64,000 bases of DNA, taken from an uncultured Gammaproteobacteria bacterium. Lineage in GTDB: Bacteria > Patescibacteriota > Microgenomatia > UBA12405 > CAZGPK01. Numbering within the stretch: position 1 is the first letter of the stretch; every line of letters starts with the position of its first letter. The position numbers and the translations under genes are program-made. The notes beneath the pieces are model-generated. The model was not told the origin of the DNA, did no database searches, and worked only from the letters and a program-made list of their open reading frames with translations. The stretch covers positions 13,189 to 77,188 of the forward strand of contig CAZGPK010000003.1 in the NCBI GenBank assembly GCA_964527115.1, in the 5' to 3' direction. This document shows, one piece after another, positions 1-9,157 of the stretch.

Positions 1-525
1 AAGCCATTTTTTCATTTTAAAGATTTTGACGGAGTTTCTGGTTTGGGATTGGGGATCGGGAACAAGATAGTCAACTCCCATAACGGGAAAATCGGGACGG
101 AATCCCCCGGTGATTAGCTTTTTTTCTTCTTTGATTAAATTTTCACAGGCCAGGATGCTGTCGATAAATTTAGAAGTGGGAGATCGGATAACGTCAGTTT
201 GAACAAGAATGAAAGGCTCGTCGGGATCTTCTTTAAAAAGACGGGCAGCCATAAAGCCGGTGGCGGGGCCGTGGTTTCTTAACTCCGGCTCAAGAAAAAT
301 GTTTTGAATGGGGATATCAGGAGCGTTTTGTTTGACCAGGCCAGCTTGATCAACAGTAGTCTGAACATAGATTTGGTCGGGACGGAAAGCAGTAAGAAGG
401 GCCTGGTAATTTAGCTCAAAAAGAGATTGGCCTTTGACAAGGGGAAGAAAGTGCTTGGGGAGGGAGGAGCGGCTCATGGGCCACATTTTGCTACCGACTC
501 CTCCACAAATCATCACTGGCTTCAT
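1..525 (-). CDS. Sugar-phosphate nucleotidyltransferase, mannose-1-phosphate guanylyltransferase-like (N-terminal part only; gene runs off the window start)
   Basis: Absent from the ORF track because it is edge-truncated. My reverse-strand translation from the ATG at 525 reads MKPVMICGGVGSKMWPMSRSSLPKHFLPLVKGQSLFE..., matching the GGxGxR(L/M)WP.SR..PKxF nucleotidyltransferase N-terminus. Confidence 0.65.
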   Translation of the reverse strand, partial: MKPVMICGGVGSKMWPMSRSSLPKHFLPLVKGQSLFELNYQALLTAFRPDQIYVQTTVDQAGLVKQNAPDIPIQNIFLEPELRNHGPATGFMAARLFKEDPDEPFILVQTDVIRSPTSKFIDSILACENLIKEEKKLITGGFRPDFPVMGVDYLVPDPQSQTRNSVKIFKMKKWL

Positions 526-569
526 ATTTATAAGATTACAGATAAAAATAGCGGGGTGCCAGGGGAAGT

Positions 570-2402
570 TTAGGTTTTAGGACGGAAAGCCTGGCCAATT
601 TTATTTAGCAGCTTAGGAGATAAAACGTGGATCTGATCATAATCTTCCCCTATCCCCAGCTCAAAGGCAGAACAGAGCATGCCATGGGAATCTTCGCCTC
701 TGATTTTTACTTTTTTAACTTTGATTTTACCTCCTTCAAGAGAGTTAACCTGACCCCCGGGCAAAACCCAGACAACGAGTTGTCCTTTGGCAAGATTATC
801 GGCTCCGCAAACCACTTGCTGAGGTTCCCCCATGCCTTCCATTTGAAGCAGCCAGAGACGGTCAGCAAGGGGATGTTTTTTAAGACTTAAAACGCGACCA
901 ATAATGGTTTTTTGGATTTGGTCGACAGTTTGGTTAGTTTTTTTCTCTAGAGATTGGATTTTAGTTTTTTTAGGCTTGGCTTGCTCGAGGCGGGCAAAAA
1001 GTGGGGTTTTAACTGGCTTTACTTCCCCCAAAAAAATCTCTTCTATCTTTTTGACAGTGGCGGGAAGAAATGGTTTCAGGCTGGGGAGAGAGTGAAGCAG
1101 GGAAAGACAGAGATTTTGTAAAAGGAGCCGAGCTTTGTCGGAAGACATAGTCCAGGGCTTTTTTTCATTTAGTTCTTGGTTTATAGGATCAAGTTTTTTC
1201 TGCCAGATAAAGCTTAGAGCAGAGGGAAAATCTAGATTATCAAGAGCCTTGGCCACTTCCGGGAAAACTGAAGTTTGGGTGGGTGGATTTAAACTTAAAT
1301 TATTTTGAGAGGCCAGGGCGGCAAGGCGAGAGACAAGGTTACCTAAGTTATTGGCCAGATCAGCGTGGTAGCGCTGGTCAAACTTCTCCAAAGAAATAGA
1401 GACGTCATTCTCCACTGGGAAAAAGGCAGATAAGAGATAGCGGGTGGCATCAACTCCATAACGGTCAGTTAGCTCTTTGGGGGAAATGAGGCGACCTTTG
1501 GATTTGGAGATTTTTTGGTTGTCAAGCAAAGCGTAACTGTGGACAAAAATCTTTTTTGGTAAGGGGAGACCGGCTGACAAAAGAATAGCCTGCCAAATAA
1601 CAGCATGAAACCAGAGAATGTCTTTGGCTAAAAGATGAAGATCGGCTGGCCAGAAGTCTTTTTTGCCCCTTAGAAAAACGGTAGCGGAGTAGTAATTGAT
1701 GAGAGCTTCTACCCAAACGTAGATGACCTGGTCCTTGTCCCAGGGGACAGGAATACCCCAGGAGAGATTGGCCCGGGAGAAGGATTGATCCCGATTTTTT
1801 GTTTTGGTTTCCCTTAATTTAGCGAGAATTTCTTTTCTTTTGCCTTCGGGAAAAATGTAGTTAGTTTGATCATTTTCAATGAGTTTTATGAGGCGGGGAA
1901 TGTATTTGCTTAGGCGGAAAAACCAGTTTTCTTCCTTCTGATAAACTGTTTTTTCTGGAGGATGGAGGGGGCAGTGATTATCAACCAGATCTGTTTCAGT
2001 AAGAAACTTTTCACAACCGATACAGTAGAGTCCCTCATATTTGGCTTGGTAGAGATCAGCGTTATCGTAGAGTTTTTGTAAAAGATCGGCAGCTACCTTT
2101 TCATGACGAGGATCGGTGGTACGAATGAAGAAGTCTGGGGAAAAGTTTAGGTCTTTCCAGGCTTTTTGGAAACGGGGAGCAATTTGATCACAAAATTCCT
2201 GGGGAGAAAGTTTAAGTTTTGCAGCTTCATCAGCTATTTTTTGGCCATGTTCGTCAGTACCGGTTAGAAAGAAGACGTCTTCCCCTTTTTGGCGGTGAAA
2301 ACGGGCTAAAATATCGGCCGCAAGAGTGGTATAGGTGTGACCGATGTGAGGAACGTCATTAACGTAGTAGATGGGAGTGCTGAGATAGTATTTCTGGGTC
2401 AT
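570..2402 (-). CDS. metG: Methionyl-tRNA synthetase with C-terminal EMAP/Trbp111-like tRNA-binding domain
   Basis: Class I HIGH motif (PHIGHTYTT), KMSKS-type loop (KISKSKG) and Cys knuckles (CIGCEKF...HCPLH). C-terminal ADRLWLLQMEG...VVCGADN OB-fold-like tail. Start moved to M13 (MTQKYYLSTPIYY, ATG at 2402). Confidence 0.93.
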   Translation of the reverse strand: MTQKYYLSTPIYYVNDVPHIGHTYTTLAADILARFHRQKGEDVFFLTGTDEHGQKIADEAAKLKLSPQEFCDQIAPRFQKAWKDLNFSPDFFIRTTDPRHEKVAADLLQKLYDNADLYQAKYEGLYCIGCEKFLTETDLVDNHCPLHPPEKTVYQKEENWFFRLSKYIPRLIKLIENDQTNYIFPEGKRKEILAKLRETKTKNRDQSFSRANLSWGIPVPWDKDQVIYVWVEALINYYSATVFLRGKKDFWPADLHLLAKDILWFHAVIWQAILLSAGLPLPKKIFVHSYALLDNQKISKSKGRLISPKELTDRYGVDATRYLLSAFFPVENDVSISLEKFDQRYHADLANNLGNLVSRLAALASQNNLSLNPPTQTSVFPEVAKALDNLDFPSALSFIWQKKLDPINQELNEKKPWTMSSDKARLLLQNLCLSLLHSLPSLKPFLPATVKKIEEIFLGEVKPVKTPLFARLEQAKPKKTKIQSLEKKTNQTVDQIQKTIIGRVLSLKKHPLADRLWLLQMEGMGEPQQVVCGADNLAKGQLVVWVLPGGQVNSLEGGKIKVKKVKIRGEDSHGMLCSAFELGIGEDYDQIHVLSPKLLNKIGQAFRPKT

Positions 2403-2497
2403 GAGAATAGCCTTTATAATTCTAACCCGTAAAGGCAAGGAGAGGAAGGAGGTTTGGGGACCAAAGTCTTGGCTTTCTTCGGGTAGACGAGAAAAAA

Positions 2498-2863
2498 TTA
2501 GGACATTTTAGGCTTAGACTTGGCCTTGGCAGAAGAAGAAGTTTTTTTGACGGGAGATTTCTTGGTGGAGGTTTTCTTGACAGAAGCTTTAACTGAGCTT
2601 TTAGCAGCTGGTTTCTGGGTAGATGTCCTGGCCTTTAGCTTTTGAGAAAAAGATGATTTAAGACGAGCTGTTTTATGGGAATGAAAAATATTTAATTTGA
2701 CAGCCTTATCAAGAAGGGAAAAAAGCTCACTTAAAAGTTTGGGGGAGGGCTTTTCCAGAAATTTCTTGGTGTGGGCTTTGAGGCGCAGTTTAAAACGGCG
2801 ATTTCTTAGAGCCCGAGTTTTTGACTGGCGTAAAGCTTTTTTAGCAGAGCTTGTTTGAGGCAT
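2498..2863 (-). CDS. rpsT: Ribosomal protein S20 with Lys/Ser/Thr-rich C-terminal extension
   Basis: The N-terminus MPQTSSAKKALRQSKTRALRNRRFKLRLK is the typical S20 start. The 121 aa include a ~35-aa K/S/T/A low-complexity tail. Confidence 0.85.
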   Translation of the reverse strand: MPQTSSAKKALRQSKTRALRNRRFKLRLKAHTKKFLEKPSPKLLSELFSLLDKAVKLNIFHSHKTARLKSSFSQKLKARTSTQKPAAKSSVKASVKKTSTKKSPVKKTSSSAKAKSKPKMS

Positions 2864-2937
2864 GGCGTGATTTTAACAGCTTCTTGTGAGGCTGGCAAGC
2901 AACATGATAGACTTGGCCTAAATTTGAAGAGGAAAAA

Positions 2938-4602
2938 ATGTTTAAAATTATTTTAAGAAACAGTAGAAAGATAATCTTGGGGCGGCAGAAAACGGTGATG
3001 GGAGCAACTTTTGTAATTTTTGCGGCAACTTTAACTTCAGCCTTCTTGGGGATATGGCGAAACCGGGTTTTGTCAGGAGAATTTTATGCTTGCTGTACGG
3101 CCCAGTTGGATGTTTATACTAATGCTTTCCGAATCCCAGACATGCTCTTTAGCATGTTGGTAATGGGAGCATTTTCTGCGTCTTTTATCCCGGTTTTTGC
3201 CCGGGAATGGAGCCGGGGCAAAAAAGAGGCGTTTCAAATGGCGTCGACGGTAATAACGCTGGTTTTAAGTGGGTTTTTGGGAGTGACTCTTTTAGTGATG
3301 ATTTTTGCTAAACCATTGTCCATTTTGATTGCCCCAGGGTTTTCGGGAGAGCAAATAACTCTTATGGCCAGGTTGATGCGAATCATGATGATTTCGCAGA
3401 TATTCTTTTCAGTTAGTAATTTTGTGACGGCAATTTTACAGGCCAGGCAGAGATTTTTGGTATCGGCTTTTTCACCGGTGGTCTACAACATATCGATAAT
3501 TTTGGGAGCTAAGTTTTTATCCGGAACTTGGGGAATTTATGGTCCAACACTGGGGGTAGTATTGGGAGCTTTTCTGCACTTGCTGATCCAGTTGCCGGTA
3601 CTTTGGAAACTTGGGTTTCGATATGTCCCCTCTTTTGACATTAAACGCCGAGGAGTGGGGCAAATCGGGAAACTGATGTTACCGAGAAGTTTTTCTCTGG
3701 GGCTGGGACAGCTAGAAAATCTGATTGCCGCTACCATTGCCAGTACTTTGCCAGTGGGATCGGTTTTTATTTTCAACCTGGCTCAACAGTTGATGCAGTT
3801 GCCGACTCGCCTTTTTGGAGCAACGATTGGACAGGCGGCCTTACCAACCTTTGCCAGAAATGCGGCCTCGGGAAAGGGAAAGGAGTTGGATCGGATTGTT
3901 AGGCAAGTGTTAATACAGGGCTTTTATATTAGCTTTCCAGTTTCGGCGATTTTTCTGGTACTAAGGCTACCCTTGGTCCGGGTGGCTTTCGGAGCCCGAG
4001 AATTTCCTTGGGCGGCAACTTTAAAGACGGCGGAAACCTTGGCTTGGTTTGCTCCGGCTATTTTTGCCCAAACGGGAATACAGATTTTAGTGCGAGTTTA
4101 TTACGCTTTGCAGGACACGAAGACTCCCCTTTTTATTTCACTTTCAGCTCTTTTGACGACCATTCTGGTCAGCAGTGTACTGGTATTTGGCCAAGGTTGG
4201 GGAATAGCCGGATTGTCACTGGGAATTTCTGTTGGTGCCTTAATTCAGCTTTTACAGCTTTTGCTTTTTTTGAAGGGGAAAATGCCGACGTTTTCCTGGG
4301 AAAAGCTGGTTTCACCGATGATGAAAATTATTTACGGAAGTTCTCTGGCAGCAGCAAGTAGCTGGTTGGGAATGCACTACCTGGATCGATTTATCCTGAA
4401 CACAACACGGGCATTGCCCACAATTTCCTTAACTGCCCTGGCTGGAGCATTGGGTGGGGGAATTTATCTTTTAACTACTTCTTGGCTTGGAATGAGGATA
4501 TTGCCGCAAATTTTGGAAGTTGCTAAAAAACCTTTTTTAAATGGCAAAAGTAGAAAAAAGACCGAGGTGATGGGAATAGGTTCGGTGCCAATGGAAAACT
4601 AA
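2938..4602 (+). CDS. murJ: Lipid II flippase MurJ/MviN
   Basis: 554-aa polytopic protein. MviN-like N-terminus (GATFVIFAATLTSAFLGIWRNRVLSGEF), about 14 hydrophobic segments and a basic C-terminal tail. Confidence 0.85.
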   Translation: MFKIILRNSRKIILGRQKTVMGATFVIFAATLTSAFLGIWRNRVLSGEFYACCTAQLDVYTNAFRIPDMLFSMLVMGAFSASFIPVFAREWSRGKKEAFQMASTVITLVLSGFLGVTLLVMIFAKPLSILIAPGFSGEQITLMARLMRIMMISQIFFSVSNFVTAILQARQRFLVSAFSPVVYNISIILGAKFLSGTWGIYGPTLGVVLGAFLHLLIQLPVLWKLGFRYVPSFDIKRRGVGQIGKLMLPRSFSLGLGQLENLIAATIASTLPVGSVFIFNLAQQLMQLPTRLFGATIGQAALPTFARNAASGKGKELDRIVRQVLIQGFYISFPVSAIFLVLRLPLVRVAFGAREFPWAATLKTAETLAWFAPAIFAQTGIQILVRVYYALQDTKTPLFISLSALLTTILVSSVLVFGQGWGIAGLSLGISVGALIQLLQLLLFLKGKMPTFSWEKLVSPMMKIIYGSSLAAASSWLGMHYLDRFILNTTRALPTISLTALAGALGGGIYLLTTSWLGMRILPQILEVAKKPFLNGKSRKKTEVMGIGSVPMEN

Positions 4603-4650
4603 AGAAAAGACGGGTTGTTTTAGTAAAGCTTTTTGACTTATACTGAAAGG

Positions 4651-5241
4651 ATGACTGAGCCCAAGAGGAGAGTTTCGCTTTTACCGGGAGAGGAATTTCG
4701 AAGATCGGGTCTGGGGAAAATTATCTATTGGACGACAAGTACCGGACGTTATGTGGTGGTACTGGTGGAATTTATAGTGATTTTGGCTTTTTTGTCTCGG
4801 TTTTGGTTGGACCGGAAAAATGCTGATCTTTCTGAGGAGATAAGGCAAGAAAAGGCAATCATTGAAAGCGTGGGAGAGTTTGAGGAAGATTTTGCGGCGC
4901 TTCAAAAACAGCTAGGGCAGATAAAGCAAATGTTGGAGACTGAAGGGGCAGGAAAGGAAGCGCTGGAAACAGTGGTAAATTTGAGCTCGGGTGACGTTGT
5001 TTTTGAGTCAATTTCCCAGAGCTTGGGTGAGGATGGGTTGGGAATGGTATCGCTTGAGGCAACGGTTTATTCTGAAAGGGGGTTGGTTTCCTTTATCAAG
5101 GCTTTGTCAGAAAGCCCAAAAGTTTCAACTGTGAAAATTGACAATATTGGAAAAGACGCAAAAATAAGTGGATATCGTTTGGGTTTGCAGGTAGGAATAA
5201 ACAAAACGGTGAAGGAAAAGGAGGTAGCGGATGGTCAATAA
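4651..5241 (+). CDS. PilN-like type IV pilus assembly protein (single-pass membrane, coiled coil)
   Basis: N-terminal VSLLPGEE resembles the PilN INLLP motif. It is followed by one TM (YVVVLVEFIVILAFL) and a coiled-coil region. Start moved to the ATG at 4651, preceded by GAAAGG. Confidence 0.5.
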   Translation: MTEPKRRVSLLPGEEFRRSGLGKIIYWTTSTGRYVVVLVEFIVILAFLSRFWLDRKNADLSEEIRQEKAIIESVGEFEEDFAALQKQLGQIKQMLETEGAGKEALETVVNLSSGDVVFESISQSLGEDGLGMVSLEATVYSERGLVSFIKALSESPKVSTVKIDNIGKDAKISGYRLGLQVGINKTVKEKEVADGQ

Positions 5242-5944
5242 AACAAAAGTAAAGATCAAGGGGGCAATGGCGGGAATGATGCCAAAGTCGCTTAAAGGGA
5301 AAGGGCCGGGGGAAAAGAAGGCGAAGGTGGACTTGCACGAGCAATTTGGCAACCTCCAAGGGTATTTGCGTAAAAAAAGGGAAGACGAGCAATTTTGGTC
5401 TTATATTGAATTTACGGCAACTGTTTCTTTGGTGCTTGTTTTTTTGGTAGCGGCGATTCGGCCAACTGCTTTTACCATTGCCAAGCTCTTGGGAGATATA
5501 AGAAGCAAAGAGGAGGTAAGCGCTAAGATGAAGGGGAAAATTGGAGATCTTTTGGAAGCCCAGTCTCTTTTTATTGAGGCCCAAGACTCCTACGAAACAA
5601 TTGCTTCTTTTTTGCCGGAGAGAAAAAACATCAGCCAGGTAGTGGAGCAGGCGGTAGGCTCGGGGCAGAGAGCGGGGGTTAGAGTGAATAAAGTGAGTAT
5701 CAGCAAAGAAGGAAAGGAATCAGGAGAGAGCAAGGGAAATAAAGAGTTAAAACAAGCCTCTTTTGAAACTGGTACCGAGGCTGATTGGCGACAATTTTTA
5801 GCTTGGTTGGGATATTTAGAAAAAGCGAGAAGATATGTAACAATAGATCGAGTAGCGATTTACCAAAGCAGAGAAAAAAGGGATGAGGGAGGAAAGGCAA
5901 GAATGTCAGTATCCGGTCGTTTTTATTGGTGGGAGAAATTATGA
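5231..5944 (+). CDS. PilO-like pilus assembly protein (single-pass membrane, coiled coil)
   Basis: Basic N-terminus, one TM (ATVSLVLVFLVAAI), a coiled coil, then an IASFLPERKNISQVVEQ segment like the PilO LP.. motif. Overlaps the upstream gene by 11 nt. Exact start uncertain. Confidence 0.4.
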   Translation: MVNKTKVKIKGAMAGMMPKSLKGKGPGEKKAKVDLHEQFGNLQGYLRKKREDEQFWSYIEFTATVSLVLVFLVAAIRPTAFTIAKLLGDIRSKEEVSAKMKGKIGDLLEAQSLFIEAQDSYETIASFLPERKNISQVVEQAVGSGQRAGVRVNKVSISKEGKESGESKGNKELKQASFETGTEADWRQFLAWLGYLEKARRYVTIDRVAIYQSREKRDEGGKARMSVSGRFYWWEKL

Positions 5945-6360
5945 TACAAAAAACAGATAACTTGGAAATAGATGATCAGGCGATTCAAGAAAAAAAGGAG
6001 GGGGGAATGAGGGGACTGGCAAAAATAAGCAAGGTGCAGGTGTCTCAATATTTGCTTTTTTTGGGTATTTTTAGTTTAGTGACAGTTTTTATCTGGATCA
6101 GCTTGCAAAGCTACGGAGCGTTAATAAATCAAAAGGTAGATTCGGTAAAAAACATATCACTTAAACCGATTAATCCGCGCCTGGAGATTGAAGTTTTAGA
6201 GGAAATTTTAAAAAGAGAAAAATATGAGGCGGATTTAGATAGTCTGATACTGGTTTTACCAATAGAGGAGACGGCGACAGGGGCGGCACAGATAGTTGCC
6301 CTGGAAGAGCCAGAACCGACAGCAAGTGCGGCTGCCTTAGCAGGGGAAGGAGAAGAGTAA
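5941..6360 (+). CDS. Hypothetical single-pass membrane protein with acidic C-terminus
   Basis: The ATG at 5941 overlaps the upstream TGA (ATGA) and is preceded by GGGAG. One TM (YLLFLGIFSLVTVFIWI). Confidence 0.4.
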   Translation: MIQKTDNLEIDDQAIQEKKEGGMRGLAKISKVQVSQYLLFLGIFSLVTVFIWISLQSYGALINQKVDSVKNISLKPINPRLEIEVLEEILKREKYEADLDSLILVLPIEETATGAAQIVALEEPEPTASAAALAGEGEE

Positions 6361-6364
6361 AAAA

Positions 6365-7702
6365 ATGAAGGTAATGGCGACAAGACTAAAAAAGGAAGGA
6401 AAAATACCAACTTGGGTGGGATTGATTTTTTTAGTTGTTCTTCTGGGATTGACGGTTTGGGGTGTGGGGACAAAAGGAGACATGAGAAGCAGAGCAGGAG
6501 CTGATTGTGAGCCTAAATCCTTGCTGATAAGCAACGTCAATGAAAAGTCGTTCGCTGTTTCCTGGCTAAGTGACGGAGAATGTGAGGCGGCGATAACTTT
6601 AAAGCAGGATAGCCGACTTTTTTTTGACAAAAGAGGACAGGAATGGAAAGGAAAAAGCCATTTTGTGATAGTGGATAATTTGAAAGCAGAGACTCTCTAT
6701 GAGTTTTTAATAAACAGTAACGGAGAAAGTATGGAAACGGCGCAAATGAGGACAAGAACAGCCGGAATACCAAAAACAGGCATACCCGAGGCAGACTTAG
6801 CTTGGGGAAAAGTTTTAGTAAGTGAGGGGGTGCCGGCGGAAGGAGCAATTGTGTCAGTTGCCATTGCCGGGGCGGCGCCACTTTCTGCCCTGGTCTCATC
6901 AAACGGAAATTTTGCCATACCGCTTTCAGTGAGCTTTAACGAGAGCTTGACTGACTGGTTTGAAACTCCAAAGACGGCAGAAAGAGAAAGGATTTTAGTG
7001 ACGGATACGGAGGGAGAAAGATGGGAGTTTGAGGGTAGTACAGATGATAATACGCCCGTGCCAGACATTGTTTTGTCCCGGGGATCAGGTAGTCTGGTGA
7101 GGAAAGGGGCAGAGCCAACAACGGGAAGCCAAGATTCTTTTTTACAGGGCATGAACGAAGGCGGAGAAAAGACGACAGATAAGATAACATTGGAAAATCC
7201 AAAAGACGGGGAGATTATACATACAGATTTACCGGAATTTTTTGGCGAAGCACCAGCGGGAGTAACTTTGGAAATCAAAGTAGAGTCGCCTAGTCCCTAC
7301 GAAGGAGAGGTAGTATCGTCCGGGGACGGAAAATGGAGTTGGTCACCACCTGCAGGATTGGAACCTGGTGAACATAAAATAACAATAAGGGCAATCAATC
7401 CGACAAGCGGTGTCTTGGAAACTATTGTGAGAACTTTTGTGGTATCCGCAAAGGCAGCAGAGAGTGATCCTGCTTTTGTTTCTACTCCTTCAGCCAGTCT
7501 GTCCCCGAGTGAAATTCCAACTTTGGCTCCATCAGCAACAACTGCTCCAACTAAAGTCTTGGCAAGTCCAACAGATATCTACCGAGCGGCTCAGGTGGCA
7601 ACAGATACGGCAGTACCGGAATCGGGAATTGTTTTGCCAACAATTTTGACAGCAGTGGGTGGAATTATACTGGTGGTAATGGCGGGAATACTACTTTTTT
7701 AA
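6365..7702 (+). CDS. Secreted/anchored multidomain surface protein (FN3-like, CarboxypepD_reg-like, Ig-like; S/T/P linker; C-terminal TM)
   Basis: N-terminal TM. FN3-like segment (SLLISNVNEKSFAVSWLSD...LKAETLYEF) and beta-sandwich-like segments. The S/T/P-rich linker is followed by VPESG plus a hydrophobic C-terminus. Confidence 0.5.
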   Translation: MKVMATRLKKEGKIPTWVGLIFLVVLLGLTVWGVGTKGDMRSRAGADCEPKSLLISNVNEKSFAVSWLSDGECEAAITLKQDSRLFFDKRGQEWKGKSHFVIVDNLKAETLYEFLINSNGESMETAQMRTRTAGIPKTGIPEADLAWGKVLVSEGVPAEGAIVSVAIAGAAPLSALVSSNGNFAIPLSVSFNESLTDWFETPKTAERERILVTDTEGERWEFEGSTDDNTPVPDIVLSRGSGSLVRKGAEPTTGSQDSFLQGMNEGGEKTTDKITLENPKDGEIIHTDLPEFFGEAPAGVTLEIKVESPSPYEGEVVSSGDGKWSWSPPAGLEPGEHKITIRAINPTSGVLETIVRTFVVSAKAAESDPAFVSTPSASLSPSEIPTLAPSATTAPTKVLASPTDIYRAAQVATDTAVPESGIVLPTILTAVGGIILVVMAGILLF

Positions 7703-9157
7703 TAGTTTTTCCAAGATATCGCGAGCAAGTCCGGGGTTGGCTGAGCCAGCAGAGAGGCGCATAAGCTGCCCAACTAAAAAACCTATACTGTTGGGATTTT
7801 TAGCGTAATCTTTGAGCGCCTTGGGATTTTCAAGAAGAACTTTTTGGGCAAGTTCTTGGAGTTTGCCTTGGTCGGAAATTTGAGACAGGCCTTCTTTTTC
7901 AATAATCTCCTGAGGGGGGGTTTTTCTTTGATAGCTTTTTTGGGCAACGTCATAGGCAACGGTTGAAGAAATGGCTCCAGCTTCCATCGCCTGATAGAGA
8001 TAGGTGTAATGGTCGGGATTGATCCGATCCGCTCGGATAGCTTGCCAATTAGTGCCCAGGCTGCTGATAAGTTTCCCGGCAAAGAAATTGGCAATAAATT
8101 TGGCTTGCTTTGGTGAGGAACTGTGAGCAACTGCTTTTTCAAAAGCAAGAGCAGCGGAATGCTCTTGGGTAAGAAGGGTAGCGTCGTAGAGGGAAAGACC
8201 AAAAATTTTCATAAATTTTTCTTTTTTCTGGTCGGGGAGCTCGGGGAGATCTTTTTTGATTTCAGCAATTGTTTTTTTATCAAGATTTAAAGGAGGAATA
8301 TCTGGCTCAGGAAAATAGCGGTAATCGGCAGAGCCTTCTTTTTCCCGCTGGAGAAAGGTTTCACCCTTATCAGCGTCCCAACCACGAGTGCTTTTGTTGG
8401 TGGAGCTTTTGACTTCCCCCGTTTCTTGCCAAAGGGCGGCTTGGCGAGCAACTTCAAAGTCAATTGCTTGTTCAACTGCTTTTAAGGAGGCGATGTTTTT
8501 AATCTCGGCTAGAGGTGTATAAAAGGTTTTTCCATTTTCTTCGATTTTGACGTTAACAGTGGGCTCACAGCGCATGGAACCTTCTTCAATATTAGCGTCG
8601 GAAACGGCTAGATAGCGGATAAGTTGCTGGACTTTTTGGGCATAAATATGGGCTTCTTGACCACTTTGCATATCGGGATAAGAAACTATTTCTAAAAGAG
8701 GGACAGCGGCTTTGTTGAAATCTACTAAGGTGCAATCTTTTTCATGGAGGCTTTTGGCGGCATCCTCTTCCAGGTGGGCTTCGGCAATACGAATTATTTT
8801 TTCTTTCCCGTTTAGGTCTATTTTTACTTCCCCCCCCTTGATAAGGGGTTTGTAGAATTGGCTGATTTGGTAGCCCTTGGGAAGGTCGGGGTAAAAGTAG
8901 TTTTTGCGATCAAAGTGATTTTTGAAATTAATGTTTTTGCCGGTATGAGTGGGGTCAAGGGCAAGGCCAACCAGAATGGCCCGACGAACAAATTCTTCAT
9001 TTAAGGTGGGGAGGGCACCAGGGAGGCCCAAACAAACAGGACAGGTATGAGTATTAGGAGGATCAGCAAAATAGTCGGCAGAGCAGGGACAAAAAGCTTT
9101 AGTTTTTGTTTTTATCTGGATGTGAATTTCCAGGCCAATAATAGGGGTTATTTTCAT
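7691..9157 (-). CDS. gatB: Asp/Glu-tRNA amidotransferase subunit B
   Basis: The N-terminus IGLEIHIQIKTKTKAFCPC is the typical GatB start. 488 aa with a YqeY-like tail. Overlaps the gatA stop by 1 nt (TAATG). Confidence 0.93.
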   Translation of the reverse strand: MKITPIIGLEIHIQIKTKTKAFCPCSADYFADPPNTHTCPVCLGLPGALPTLNEEFVRRAILVGLALDPTHTGKNINFKNHFDRKNYFYPDLPKGYQISQFYKPLIKGGEVKIDLNGKEKIIRIAEAHLEEDAAKSLHEKDCTLVDFNKAAVPLLEIVSYPDMQSGQEAHIYAQKVQQLIRYLAVSDANIEEGSMRCEPTVNVKIEENGKTFYTPLAEIKNIASLKAVEQAIDFEVARQAALWQETGEVKSSTNKSTRGWDADKGETFLQREKEGSADYRYFPEPDIPPLNLDKKTIAEIKKDLPELPDQKKEKFMKIFGLSLYDATLLTQEHSAALAFEKAVAHSSSPKQAKFIANFFAGKLISSLGTNWQAIRADRINPDHYTYLYQAMEAGAISSTVAYDVAQKSYQRKTPPQEIIEKEGLSQISDQGKLQELAQKVLLENPKALKDYAKNPNSIGFLVGQLMRLSAGSANPGLARDILEKLLKK

